Origin: Candidatus Obscuribacteraceae bacterium
GTDB taxonomy: Bacteria > Cyanobacteriota > Vampirovibrionia > Obscuribacterales > Obscuribacteraceae
DNA: 64,000 nt
Direction of reading: 5' to 3'
Assembly (NCBI GenBank): GCA_044226015.1
Contig: JBGAHS010000004.1
Location: 96,001-160,000, forward strand
Each line of letters opens with the position of its first letter. The stretch's first letter is position 1. The position numbers and the translations under genes were made by a program. The notes below the pieces were generated by a model. That model was given only the letters and a program-made list of their open reading frames with translations. It made no database searches and had not been told where the DNA came from. Shown one piece after another: positions 50,875 through 60,709 of this stretch.

Positions 50875-52194
50875 TTAGCGACGATGTCTCGAACGCAAAA
50901 GCAAGCTGACTTCAGAGAGAAGTGAGGGCATGTCGAATGGTTTCGGAAGATACAGATCAGCGCCTGATTCCAGAGCCATCGATTGGTCCGGGTTCGAAGT
51001 GACCATTACAACCCATGTCTTACCAAACTCTTCCGTTTCTTTGATAGTTCTGCAGAGTCCCCAGCCGTCCATTCGTCTGTCTGCTAGATTGGACTCAAGC
51101 AAAATCAAATCGGGGTGAATATCGCGGGCTTTGTCCAGTGCATCGTTGGCCGATGCAGTAACTTCAACAAAATAACCTTCCAGGGACAAGATTTCCTGCA
51201 GCAAACAAGCCATTGCGCCGTCTGGCTCAACAACCAGAATTGTTGAGCGTGCCGCATGTTCTCTGTGTACTTGCGGTTTTATACCGGAGTCTTCAACCCA
51301 GATGCAATCAGGCTCGCGCTTCGCCAGATAACGATTATCTCTCGACGACGTGAGTACATCTACATAGCTTTGATAACGTCGGCTGGTGCTAGATACGATA
51401 CCAATTGCGATGCTGATTAAAGGTACTCTTCTGCGAATGCCACCACGACCGGTGCTAATTAGATACCCTCTTGCCGTGACTTCAGGAGGATAGAAACGGC
51501 GACTGATGTCATTGAACTGTCGATTAATTGTTTCCGCAATTTGAATTCTTCTTTCTGGGGAGGTGATAATGAAGAAATCATCTGCTTCAATGTGACCCGC
51601 GAAATCTGCATCGCTTACACAAGAAGAGCAAACTGCTCCAAGTGCTTTGATGAGCTGATCTCCAGCCAGGTCTCCATAGGTTTCGTTGTATACACGTAGG
51701 TTATTCAAATCAATGCTAAGCGCAGCCCAGGGACGATCTTGCACAAGCAGTTGCTCAAGCATACGACGAATCATTATCGGTCCTGGCATTTGCGTAAGTG
51801 GATTGCAGAATTCCTCTTGTCGGCGTCTTAAGTGCGCCAAAACGCGAATCGCTAACTCACTACGATCAATATTTTCGCCAAGCACATCATCTGCTCCATA
51901 ACGGAAACTGTTGATGCGCTCGTTTACGTCTTCTGAACTGTGAAGTAACACTAGTACGGGTCTCGGGTGGGTAAGAGTGGCTCTAATCTGCTGGCAATAA
52001 AGGCGTCCATCACCTTCATCCATTTGTGCTGCTAGCAAAATTAAATCAGGATGCAAAAATGAAAGCAGCTCGTTCGCTTCTTCAAACGAAGTCACTGCGT
52101 GGACTTTGGCACCTGTTTTATCCAGAAGTGTTGCATATTGAGCAACCGCTTTTGGGTTGTGAATAATCATGATTACTGGGGTTGGCATCAACAT
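50875..52194 (-). CDS. REC-GGDEF-REC protein with degenerate motifs
   Basis: Two receiver folds flanking a GGDEF-like domain (NPLTQMPG, IDLNN..VYNETYG..AGD, GHIEADDF). Confidence 0.82.
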   Translation of the reverse strand: MLMPTPVIMIIHNPKAVAQYATLLDKTGAKVHAVTSFEEANELLSFLHPDLILLAAQMDEGDGRLYCQQIRATLTHPRPVLVLLHSSEDVNERINSFRYGADDVLGENIDRSELAIRVLAHLRRRQEEFCNPLTQMPGPIMIRRMLEQLLVQDRPWAALSIDLNNLRVYNETYGDLAGDQLIKALGAVCSSCVSDADFAGHIEADDFFIITSPERRIQIAETINRQFNDISRRFYPPEVTARGYLISTGRGGIRRRVPLISIAIGIVSSTSRRYQSYVDVLTSSRDNRYLAKREPDCIWVEDSGIKPQVHREHAARSTILVVEPDGAMACLLQEILSLEGYFVEVTASANDALDKARDIHPDLILLESNLADRRMDGWGLCRTIKETEEFGKTWVVMVTSNPDQSMALESGADLYLPKPFDMPSLLSEVSLLLRSRHRR

Positions 52195-52197
52195 GGC

Positions 52198-53283
52198 TTA
52201 GAGACCGCGCCCCCGTGCTGCTTGCTGTTCCAGCGTTGCTGCGGGAATCTGTACAGTAAAAGTAGTAGAACCAGGTTCACTCTCAACATTTATGTTTCCA
52301 TCGAGAGCAATAACTAGAGACTTTGTTATGTATAGCCCCAGTCCTGTACCTTCTGTTTGTCGCGTCAGCGGGTTGTCTTGTCGCGAGAATTTGTTGAAGA
52401 TTTGGGGCAAATATTCTGCGGAAATGCCACCACCCTGATCCTTCACTGAAAACTCGACTAGCTCTGGCTCTTGATGCACAGCGCGAGCCGTAATAGAAAC
52501 AGTCGTATCTGCGGGTGAATATTTGATTGCGTTATCAATCAGGTTCGTCAATATCTGCTCAAGCCTATCTGCGTCAGCCCAGACCTGTGGCAAACCTGGA
52601 GGAATTCGGACATCGACAGAGTGACGTTTTGCTTTCTCAGTGAGATTTTGGACCACTCTTTCAACTGCATCCGCAAGACTTAGCGCACGAATGGTTAGCT
52701 GCATCTTGCGCGACTCCAAACGAGAAACGGCTAACAAATCCTCAACCAGTCGGGTCAAACGGTCTGCCTGGTCTTTGATGATGCCAATGTAACGTCGTTG
52801 TGCCGAGGAATCTAGGCGGTCGCCAGCTCGAAGAATGGTATCAGCGAATCCTTTTATGCTGGTTAACGGTGTTCGCAACTCGTGGCTAACCGTGCTGACA
52901 AATTCTGTCTGCGCCTGCTGAACACTCTGTGCTTGAACTATATATACGATGGTCAAGAATTTCTTGTCCGCATCTGTTTCAACCAACAAATGCGAGGCTG
53001 GCATTATCAATGAGAGTCCGTTAGCGCAGTATACGACTGCATTTTTTGCTTCGTCCTGCTTAGCACCGCCATTCTTTGCTGAAGGCGTGTCGTTCTCGCC
53101 CTGGTAATTTAGATCAATAACTTCCGCTAGAGGGTTGCCCAGCAAGTCTTTGACGCCTTTGCCAATAAGCTTGGCAAAAGCCGGGTTGCATCTTTCCACT
53201 TTGCCATCAGGCGTGCTAAGCAGCATGCCATCGGCACTGTGCTCAAATATAGTCTCAAAAATTCGCCCTGAATTGCCAGCCAT
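52198..53283 (-). CDS. Cytoplasmic PAS sensor histidine kinase
   Basis: N-terminal PAS; VSHELRTPLTSIKG H-box; NLIDNAIKY, DQGGGI, GTGLGL boxes; no TM helix. Confidence 0.93.
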   Translation of the reverse strand: MAGNSGRIFETIFEHSADGMLLSTPDGKVERCNPAFAKLIGKGVKDLLGNPLAEVIDLNYQGENDTPSAKNGGAKQDEAKNAVVYCANGLSLIMPASHLLVETDADKKFLTIVYIVQAQSVQQAQTEFVSTVSHELRTPLTSIKGFADTILRAGDRLDSSAQRRYIGIIKDQADRLTRLVEDLLAVSRLESRKMQLTIRALSLADAVERVVQNLTEKAKRHSVDVRIPPGLPQVWADADRLEQILTNLIDNAIKYSPADTTVSITARAVHQEPELVEFSVKDQGGGISAEYLPQIFNKFSRQDNPLTRQTEGTGLGLYITKSLVIALDGNINVESEPGSTTFTVQIPAATLEQQAARGRGL

Positions 53284-53403
53284 GGAAACCTACTTAGGAT
53301 GGGTGCCGCACGGCCGACACCTTCGCCTAAACCTAAGGTAACATCAGGTTTGGCAGTGCAAGGGCATTACAACCTATCCTTAAGGTTTCCAGCCAAATTG
53401 GTT

Positions 53404-53799
53404 TCAAACAGTAAGGGATAAAATTTCTGCTAGGCGCTCTTTGGAAGTTAGATAGAGGAAGCCAAGTAATGCCTCGAAAGCCGTGGCTCTCCTGTAATGA
53501 TCTTGTCCTCCAGGGCGTCCCGATGGCGCTTTGATGTTTCTTGCTCGCCTGACAATGTCCTTTTCCTCATCGTTGAGAGCAGAGCTTAATTTTTCTAGAA
53601 GCCCTGCTTGCACAACTGCAGACGACCTGTGCGCTACTTTCTCGTGCATTTGCTTTACATTTATGGATTGCAAGATCTCTCGTTCTCTTTCAAAGAGAGC
53701 GAAAACCGCGTCGCCGAGATGAGCAAGTTGTCGCGGTGCAATTAGTTTTGCTTCTGAGACTGAAATTACATCTGGATTCTTTGGCTCTGAATTAACCAT
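53404..53799 (-). CDS. mrnC: Mini-ribonuclease III
   Basis: LAHLGDAV, IVRRARN, YRRATAFEALLGFLYL. Confidence 0.88.
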   Translation of the reverse strand: MVNSEPKNPDVISVSEAKLIAPRQLAHLGDAVFALFEREREILQSINVKQMHEKVAHRSSAVVQAGLLEKLSSALNDEEKDIVRRARNIKAPSGRPGGQDHYRRATAFEALLGFLYLTSKERLAEILSLTV

Positions 53800-54612
53800 T
53801 CATTTCTGGTCTTTTGGTGGGGGTCCAAGTTTTGGCTCATCATCTGATTTTGAGCCACCCATGATGAAATCTTGAAGCACCTGAAAAAAGAAATTGGGTA
53901 ACGCAGTCATGATTCGATTGAAGCGCCAGGGTTCTTTACAAAGGCGGTAAAGCCACTCTAGATTGAGCTTGCGCATCAGAGCTGGTGCCCGTTTCACTTG
54001 TCCTGTCCACACATCAAAACTGCCGCCAACACCAATTTTTATGGTATGGGGCATCAGCGAGCTGATTTGATCTATCACGTATTCTTGTTTCGGAACGCCC
54101 AAAGCCACTAGCAACAACTGCGGCTCTTTATCAGCAATTTCGTCGATTATTTTCTCTTGTTCGTCAACGGAAAAATATCCATGATGGTGCGCCACGATGT
54201 TGATGCCCGGGAATCTCTTCGGCAGAGTTTCTAAAAGCGCATCCATAACAGCCGGCTTCCCGCCAATCAGAGCCACCCGTTTGCCCGATTGTGCAGCTCT
54301 AGCCAGTGCACCCGCTGCTAGCTCAATGCCAGGTAGTCTTGAAACTTCTTGTTGCCCATTCAGTTTGACCGCCCACACCACGCCGGCACCGTCTGGAACA
54401 ATGAGATGGGCGTGCCGAATGATTCTGTCGAGATCAGCATTTTGTTGCGCAGTAACAATCATCTCTGCGTTCAGAGTGACGACATGCATGCCCTTTCCTC
54501 GCTCCCAGGCATCTTCAATGATGGATAGAGCAAGCGGCTCATCCACTATATCTACTGGATAGCCGAGGACCTTTTGGCGCGATCTGTTTGTTGCTGACAA
54601 TGGTGACATCAC
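53800..54612 (-). CDS. WecB/TagA/CpsF family glycosyltransferase
   Basis: VVTLNAE, PDGAGV, GIEL, LGVPKQE, GVGGSFDV, RAP..MRKLNLEWLYRL..EPWR. Confidence 0.93.
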   Translation of the reverse strand: MMSPLSATNRSRQKVLGYPVDIVDEPLALSIIEDAWERGKGMHVVTLNAEMIVTAQQNADLDRIIRHAHLIVPDGAGVVWAVKLNGQQEVSRLPGIELAAGALARAAQSGKRVALIGGKPAVMDALLETLPKRFPGINIVAHHHGYFSVDEQEKIIDEIADKEPQLLLVALGVPKQEYVIDQISSLMPHTIKIGVGGSFDVWTGQVKRAPALMRKLNLEWLYRLCKEPWRFNRIMTALPNFFFQVLQDFIMGGSKSDDEPKLGPPPKDQK

Positions 54613-54889
54613 GGGCGGTGCCTACTCAAATTGGTTACCACTAAATTCGAGCAAGCTCCTTTAGTGCTTTAGAAATACTAACTTAAAAGCACGCTTTGCT
54701 CAATCGGTCATGATGTGGAAATCTGGCTGCGGTTCCTGCGTATATGCTTCGAATAGGTAAAATTTCGGACTAACTCTTGATTCAGAGAATTAGCCAGATT
54801 TCAGAATTAGAGAGGCGGTTGCGGGAGGGAATAGTTGCGGGAAGAGAATCAAGTGGGTCAATTCTCGGGTAGCCTGAGCGCTAAGTAAT

Positions 54890-56011
54890 TTACTTATCGC
54901 TTGGCATGTTCAGAATTCTAGCTAGTGCCTCAAAGTTTTGACAAGACAATTTTTTTGCAGCTTCCAAATGTATGTTGACCTTTGAAGCATAGCTATTCAT
55001 GTTGCCTGCAAACGTTTTGAGCATATTCGGCCATTCTTTTCCGCCAGACTCCTTTGTAAGAATTAAGCAGCATTGTTCGAATTCAGCTAATAGCTGTGTA
55101 ACTTTGGGGTCGTAACCGATTCCTGCAACAGGTTTGCCTGCTTTCAAAGCCATGATGATGGCGTGTAAACGCATTCCAACCAACGCCTTGAGATGGGCAA
55201 AGACTCCCAACCATTGGCTGGGAAGTACAAGTTGAGAAGTGTCCAGAATTTCGGAGTTTCTGCCTCGGGCTTTCAAAAACTCTGCAAATTTCTTCAAAAC
55301 CTCAATGTCCTGGTCTCTCTGCATCGGCAACAGGAGGGCGAGTTCATCAGCTTTCATTTCGGCGTTCATCGCATCTGCCAGGTGTTCGAGATGGCTGTCT
55401 GTAAGTTCTGCACTTGGTCTCAATGAGACGCCTATGCATTTCGAGTCTGTTTTGCTTGCACCCATTCGAGAAAGTTGAGCGGCGACCTCAGCTGGTACCA
55501 GGCTCTCTTTGAGGTTCCAGACCGGGTCTGCGCTTTTTCTTGCGTTGATATTCCAAGCTTGGAGATATCTCATCGATGTGTCATCTCGCACTAGTATATC
55601 GTCAGCTTGCGAGAATACTTGCTTGCAGATGTTCTCCGCTAGATTTCCTCGCAGAGGTCCGATGCCTTGCGCATACACGACAATTTTTACTTGGTTCGCC
55701 TTTGCCATCAATATGTGAAGACCGTAGAAAAAAATGGATCCAAGTGATTTTGTGTTTTGAAAAAGCCCGCCGCCGCCGCTCACTAGCAGCCTGGTTTGCA
55801 CGAGCGATGTCCAGTACTCACCAAAATTTTTTCGCTGAATTGCACTAACTCCATACTTCTTTGCTGTTTGCTCTGGTGTCGCAGATAGAACCACTATATT
55901 TTCTGGCGAGGTCAATTCTTTGAGTTCATTGCAAATTTCCTCAAGGATAGCTTCATCACCAAGGTTGTCAAAACCGTAATATCCCGAGACAAAAACAAGT
56001 TGGCGGCTCAT
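54890..56011 (-). CDS. csaB: Polysaccharide pyruvyl transferase CsaB
   Basis: SGYYGFDNLGDEAIL, SGGGGLFQ, AQGIGPL, VRD, GMRLHA, YDPKV. Start moved to ATG 56011. Confidence 0.9.
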   Translation of the reverse strand: MSRQLVFVSGYYGFDNLGDEAILEEICNELKELTSPENIVVLSATPEQTAKKYGVSAIQRKNFGEYWTSLVQTRLLVSGGGGLFQNTKSLGSIFFYGLHILMAKANQVKIVVYAQGIGPLRGNLAENICKQVFSQADDILVRDDTSMRYLQAWNINARKSADPVWNLKESLVPAEVAAQLSRMGASKTDSKCIGVSLRPSAELTDSHLEHLADAMNAEMKADELALLLPMQRDQDIEVLKKFAEFLKARGRNSEILDTSQLVLPSQWLGVFAHLKALVGMRLHAIIMALKAGKPVAGIGYDPKVTQLLAEFEQCCLILTKESGGKEWPNMLKTFAGNMNSYASKVNIHLEAAKKLSCQNFEALARILNMPSDK

Positions 56012-56075
56012 ATGAATTTCCCTATTTCTGGCAAGATCATAAACCATTGAGATGAGGATAGAATAGTTGCGTTAA

Positions 56076-57350
56076 GTGGAAATTCCAATGTCGTCAAGTA
56101 TCGATTCTGAAAGCGAAAGCATGAACGAGCCCAAAAGCATATCAAGTTTTGAGCATGCTGGAACTCTTGTTCAGCATGTAGAGATTGCTTCGTCAGATGC
56201 CCTTCGTAATTTTGTCAGCAAATGCAGTAAGGAAGGGCGTCGAGTCATTAGTTCTCGACCGTTCAACTTGCCCGAAAAACCAGCTCATCGAATTGATTAT
56301 TTTCTAACTTCGAGCGCCCAGAATGTAATTGAGCATTTTCGTCCAGACCAGGTGATAAGTGTCGAAGCCGGCATTACAATTCGGGCATTGCAGACCTTGC
56401 TTGCAGAATACAAACAGTGGTTTCCAATTTATGTTCATGATGAAGACATCAGTTTGATGGAGTACATAAACTCAGGTAATTCCGGACCTCTTGAGCACGG
56501 CTTTGGCGAAGCTCGTGATCTGGTACTTGGAATGATGGTAGTTTTGGGAACCGGAGAGCTCATCAAATGTGGTGGCAAAGTCGTAAAAAACGTCACGGGC
56601 TACGATTTGCCAAAGCTGTTCGCAGGCTCGCATGGTACCCTTGCTGTGCCATTCTCGGCGCATTTACGACTTTTTGCGTTGCCTGAAACATCAAGTACAG
56701 TCATCTTTGAATTTGCCACCATTGCTGGTGCGATGGCTGCGTCAAAAAAACTGCGTCGCAGCGGATTGCCGCTCTCCTGCCTTGAGATTTTTAGTGCCAA
56801 TGCGGTTTCTATATCAGCACAGAAATTACCTGAAGCATTCAGTTCCTTCTCTAATGGAGCCGCTTGTCTGGCGGTAGAGATTCATGGAATAAAGACTGTT
56901 GTTGAGGAATTACAGAGAGAGAGCATTGCATTGGCTGGAGCCAGCCATCGGGTTATTGGCGATGCTGAAGCCAGATTACTCTGGAACTTATTATCGAAGC
57001 CATATGCTAAGGTGGGGAACAATTGGGTTGAAATGTCAGGACCGCTCTCAGTAATGGAGGCAATTCTGCTTGAACTCGGAAGCGAATCTGACATTGCCTG
57101 GACTGTTCGTAGCGGACGAAACAAGATGTGCATTTATTCCACGAATGAAATGTTTTCGCGGGTAAATGAAATTGCTCGGAAGGTTCTTTCTACAAACAAG
57201 GAGCGACTGGTTCTGGCATGCTCTGACGCTTCTTTCACATGGAAAGTTTATGCATTGCCTGCTGAAGATGCTGTTCTAAACGAGTTGAAGCACCGAGTCA
57301 AAAGAGAGTTCGATCCCTCCGATGTTTTAAATCCTCTGGCAGAACTCTAA
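56076..57350 (+). CDS. FAD-binding oxidoreductase (GlcE/GlcD-like)
   Basis: RDLVLGM, GGKVVKNVTGYDLPKLFAGSHGTL, KREFDP..VLNP. Confidence 0.85.
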   Translation: MEIPMSSSIDSESESMNEPKSISSFEHAGTLVQHVEIASSDALRNFVSKCSKEGRRVISSRPFNLPEKPAHRIDYFLTSSAQNVIEHFRPDQVISVEAGITIRALQTLLAEYKQWFPIYVHDEDISLMEYINSGNSGPLEHGFGEARDLVLGMMVVLGTGELIKCGGKVVKNVTGYDLPKLFAGSHGTLAVPFSAHLRLFALPETSSTVIFEFATIAGAMAASKKLRRSGLPLSCLEIFSANAVSISAQKLPEAFSSFSNGAACLAVEIHGIKTVVEELQRESIALAGASHRVIGDAEARLLWNLLSKPYAKVGNNWVEMSGPLSVMEAILLELGSESDIAWTVRSGRNKMCIYSTNEMFSRVNEIARKVLSTNKERLVLACSDASFTWKVYALPAEDAVLNELKHRVKREFDPSDVLNPLAEL

Positions 57351-57353
57351 AGC

Positions 57354-57390
57354 ACGAGCCTGGTGCTTTGCTCAAACACCAGGCTCGTTT
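57354..57390. terminator. Hairpin between convergent genes
   Basis: ACGAGCCTGGTG...CACCAGGCTCGT 12-bp stem. Confidence 0.75.
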
Positions 57391-57409
57391 GTCCCCAAAG
57401 CAAAAAGAA

Positions 57410-57781
57410 TTAGTCTAGCCAGGTAGCCATAAATTTTTCGGGTGCACTGCACGAACCAAACTCAGGTGGGGTTTTGTGCGAAGCGTCTTTATTCGTGCAC
57501 TTGTATGAATTTGTGAGAACTCCTTCGCGCGCTTTCTTTTTTATCTCGATGTCATTGCACTGGTCTAAAATCGTTCGGAAAACATTGTCTGCCATGAAAA
57601 ATTGGCCAGATTTGTAATAGCACGCGCCCAACATCAATCGTGCATCCCAATTTTGTGGTTCGGTATCCAGAATCTCCTGAAGGGCGCTTGCAGCCTGGCT
57701 GTATTCACCACTACGATAATGACCAAGAGCCTTTAAGGTGATCTTGATATCTACATTTTGTGTATTGAACGTCAGTTTCAT
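57410..57781 (-). CDS. Small TPR protein
   Basis: ALGHYRSGEYSQAA...EPQNWDARLMLGACYY TPR pattern; GAGGGGAAG RBS. Confidence 0.78.
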   Translation of the reverse strand: MKLTFNTQNVDIKITLKALGHYRSGEYSQAASALQEILDTEPQNWDARLMLGACYYKSGQFFMADNVFRTILDQCNDIEIKKKAREGVLTNSYKCTNKDASHKTPPEFGSCSAPEKFMATWLD

Positions 57782-57810
57782 TTTCTTCCCCTCACTGATT
57801 TGCTCTGCTC

Positions 57811-59199
57811 CTAAGGAGGCGAATCTATTGCTGTAAGCAGAGAATCGCTTCGATCTAGGTGCGTTTTTGGACTTGTTTTGTTTGATTCGTTAGTGTTTTT
57901 CGAGTTTTGCTTTTTCGAATTATCGTTTTTTGATGCGTCGCCGTTGCCTTTTATGGACCATGTGTTTGAAAGCCCTTTGGAATTTCTATAAGGCGCGAGA
58001 CCGCCATAATTTCTAGTTCCATTCGATGCTTGTGGATTCCAGTTCATGCCCCCTGGTGGATTGGGGCGAGCACCGCTGATGGTGCCTCCGTCGCCCTGAG
58101 CCTCGCCATTTCTCATTGACTTTCTTGAAATGTGATGTTGTTGTCCAGGACCGCCAAAGCCACCTGGTCCGCCCTGACCCATTCCGCTAGGACCGCCCAA
58201 GCCACCAGGTCCGCCCTGACCCATTCCGCCGGAACCGCCGAAGCCACCAGGTCCGCCCTGTCCCATGCCACCGGATCCGCCGAAGCCACCAGGTCCGCCG
58301 AAGCCACCAGGTCCGCCCTGTCCCATTCCACCGGATCCGCCACGACCACCGAACCGGGCACCTTGTCCCATCTGTCTACCGAAACCCATGCCGCCTCCGG
58401 GTCTGCCCTGTCCCATGCCATCGGGACCACCGAAGCCGCCACCTTGTCCCATGCCACCGTGACCGCCGAAACCGCCGCCCTGTCCCATGCCGCCGGGACC
58501 ACCGAAGCCGCCACCTTGTCCCATGCCACCGTGACCGCCGAAACCGCCTCTCCCCATTCCACCGGGACCACCGAAGCCGCCGCCTCTACCCATGCTACCC
58601 GGACCACCTTCGCCGCCGGGACCGCCAAATCCTCCGCCGTGTCCCATTCCCCCAGGACCACCTTCGCCGCCGAATCCGCCGAATCCGCCGCCTTGACCCA
58701 TTCCACCCGGACCACCTTCGCCGCCGGGACCGCCGTATCCGCCGCCCTGTCCCATTCTGCCCGGACCTTCTCCACCAGGACCCATCCGTCCGGGTCCACC
58801 TGGTCCACCGAAGCCGCCAGGACCTTCGCCGCCGGGTCCTCCAGGCTCTCCTTCCTGGTTTGATTGCGCCAGCTCATGACCAAATTCTCTCTGCTGAAAG
58901 CCGTGCCTTCCCGCACCGAATGCGGCAGAGCCGGGCTGTCCAGCGCCCAATGCTCCTCCTCCGTTTCCACCTTCCATAGCTGGATTGATGCCGGTGGGAC
59001 CCATGCCGTAGGGACCGCCGTTTGTTCTACTGCTAGCGCCCTGAATTCCAAACATTCTCGAACCACCCTGAACCCCTGTTCCAGAGCCGTTCATGCTAGC
59101 AGCTGGGGAACCGCACATGCCTCGAGCGCTAACCGCTGGTGCCAGAACGACAGACCCCAAAAGTCCGGCTGCGATTAAGATCGAGGTTTTATTCTTCAT
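57811..59199 (-). CDS. Secreted glycine-rich repeat protein
   Basis: Signal peptide MKNKTSILIAAGLLGSVVLAPAVSA; long G/P/M/Q/F repeats. Confidence 0.72.
   Translation of the reverse strand: MKNKTSILIAAGLLGSVVLAPAVSARGMCGSPAASMNGSGTGVQGGSRMFGIQGASSRTNGGPYGMGPTGINPAMEGGNGGGALGAGQPGSAAFGAGRHGFQQREFGHELAQSNQEGEPGGPGGEGPGGFGGPGGPGRMGPGGEGPGRMGQGGGYGGPGGEGGPGGMGQGGGFGGFGGEGGPGGMGHGGGFGGPGGEGGPGSMGRGGGFGGPGGMGRGGFGGHGGMGQGGGFGGPGGMGQGGGFGGHGGMGQGGGFGGPDGMGQGRPGGGMGFGRQMGQGARFGGRGGSGGMGQGGPGGFGGPGGFGGSGGMGQGGPGGFGGSGGMGQGGPGGLGGPSGMGQGGPGGFGGPGQQHHISRKSMRNGEAQGDGGTISGARPNPPGGMNWNPQASNGTRNYGGLAPYRNSKGLSNTWSIKGNGDASKNDNSKKQNSKNTNESNKTSPKTHLDRSDSLLTAIDSPP
58145..58845 (-). repeat. Tandem GC-rich coding repeats (12-, 14- and 18-aa Gly-rich units)
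   Basis: GG(P/H)GGMGQGGGF, GGSGGMGQGGPGGF and GGPGGEGGPGGMGxGGGF units. Confidence 0.85.
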
Positions 59200-59545
59200 T
59201 GCGGTTCCCCAAAGCGAATGGAAAGTCTTGGAGCTCACAGCAAAGCACCCGACTACCTGTCGGTCTTCAAATACATGCTCAGCTAAGAACTAAGCTATTC
59301 CTCTTAAATGAAGTTTGTGTGAAGGAGCTAATTCACAGCTATTCTTTCGGAATCTCCTGCTGGCTCTCAAGTTCGGGACTTTTCGCTTTATCTTGTCCGA
59401 CCGAACAAGAGCGACTCATTCAGGTTTGAATGCCGAGTTTCGGCAAGATCCAAATTTGCAATGCAAAATATGCAAATACAAATGCTATGAAGGTAAGGAA
59501 TTCCATTAGTTTAGTTCTCTTCAGTATCGTAAAACGTCGGTTCAA

Positions 59546-59863
59546 TTATTCGTCCTTGTGCCGTTTCTTGTGATGCTTCGTTTCTGTTGAAGCTTTCGAC
59601 GGCGATTTCTCATCAGCAGTGCTCTCATCTTTAATTCTATGATGCTTTGAGTGTTTCTTCTTAGATTGCTCAGCATCTTTTTTTACCAGCTTGTCGAAAC
59701 TTGGAGCTGGCTTTGTTTCTGTTTGAGCTTTTGGAGTTGATTTTATTGGCGCTAAGCTAGGGTCAACAACTAAAACATGTCTGCTGTTGAATCCAAATGC
59801 ATAACCGCCAAAGAATGCGTTTACTGCAAGCAATGTGGAAATAAATCGACCTTTGGCCTGCAT
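59546..59863 (-). CDS. Hypothetical membrane-anchored protein with Lys/His-rich tail
   Basis: N-terminal hydrophobic segment; starts 9 nt after the upstream gene's stop. Confidence 0.6.
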   Translation of the reverse strand: MQAKGRFISTLLAVNAFFGGYAFGFNSRHVLVVDPSLAPIKSTPKAQTETKPAPSFDKLVKKDAEQSKKKHSKHHRIKDESTADEKSPSKASTETKHHKKRHKDE

Positions 59864-59871
59864 GTTTTCAC

Positions 59872-60564
59872 CTAGTTTTTCACTACATGTTGAACGCTTT
59901 TGTTTTCATCTTCGTCTGTGGCGCTGCGTTCGTAAGTTGCGAGTACATCAGAATCGCTATAGTTCTCTGATACAAACGGTCCCGATACCACCTTTAGTAT
60001 CAATTGGGCTTTGCTGTCATCTTTGTGCTTGTTGTATTTGGGTCCTAGCAGTTTGGGTTCAAATGCGATTGTATTCTCGCCCTTCTTTACTCTCTGGGTT
60101 ATGTCCACGGTTTTGCCTGGACCGTAAAAGCTGTCGATTGGAGTGTTATTCACTTCAACTGTAATGGAGCTGCCAATGTATTCCGTGCCGGAAGAACAAA
60201 TCCAGTATTTCAATTTCTTGGGAGCAGTTTCTGCTGGAGATTTTGTTTCGCTTACTGCCGTGTTTGTGCCAGTTTCAGCAGCGGTGCTCGTGCTAGTGGT
60301 GCTTTGTGATTCTTTTGGAGGAGTTGTTTCTTTGGGTGGGTTGTTAGCGACAGTTGGGTTTTTCGATTCTGTTGAAGGTACGCTCGTGTTGATTGTTTGA
60401 GCTCCTGGTGTTCCAGGCGGAACCATCTGAATTGGTGCCGTTTTTTGATTTGTACCGTACCAGTAGCCGCCAAATCCTGCAGCGCCAACGATAAGCACCA
60501 GAACGATCAAATCCATTAGGGCTCCTAGAATATTAGGCCCTTTACTAGCAGGCTTACCAGTCAC
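59872..60564 (-). CDS. Hypothetical single-TM protein with T/P/S linker and C-terminal beta domain
   Basis: TM LIVLVLIVGAAGFGGYWYG; GGAGA RBS before the GTG start. Confidence 0.72.
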   Translation of the reverse strand: MTGKPASKGPNILGALMDLIVLVLIVGAAGFGGYWYGTNQKTAPIQMVPPGTPGAQTINTSVPSTESKNPTVANNPPKETTPPKESQSTTSTSTAAETGTNTAVSETKSPAETAPKKLKYWICSSGTEYIGSSITVEVNNTPIDSFYGPGKTVDITQRVKKGENTIAFEPKLLGPKYNKHKDDSKAQLILKVVSGPFVSENYSDSDVLATYERSATDEDENKSVQHVVKN

Positions 60565-60709
60565 AATTCATCTCCATGAGCTTACTCCATTACTTGTATC
60601 AAATGGACGCGCCAATGGGAAGAATAATAGCGATGACTTTTGTCACCCAAATTAGCTACTTACAATTCTGAAAGTTTATAATGGGCGAAGCTTTCGGTAT
60701 TAAGGACTT

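Noticed and set aside
58145..58845. Possible CRISPR array
   Set aside because: Repeats are contiguous, in-frame and lack unique spacers; no cas genes in the window.
58113..59066. Long overlapping ORFs in other frames (317 aa minus, 243 aa plus)
   Set aside because: By-products of stop-poor GC-rich tandem repeats; only the Gly frame has a signal peptide.
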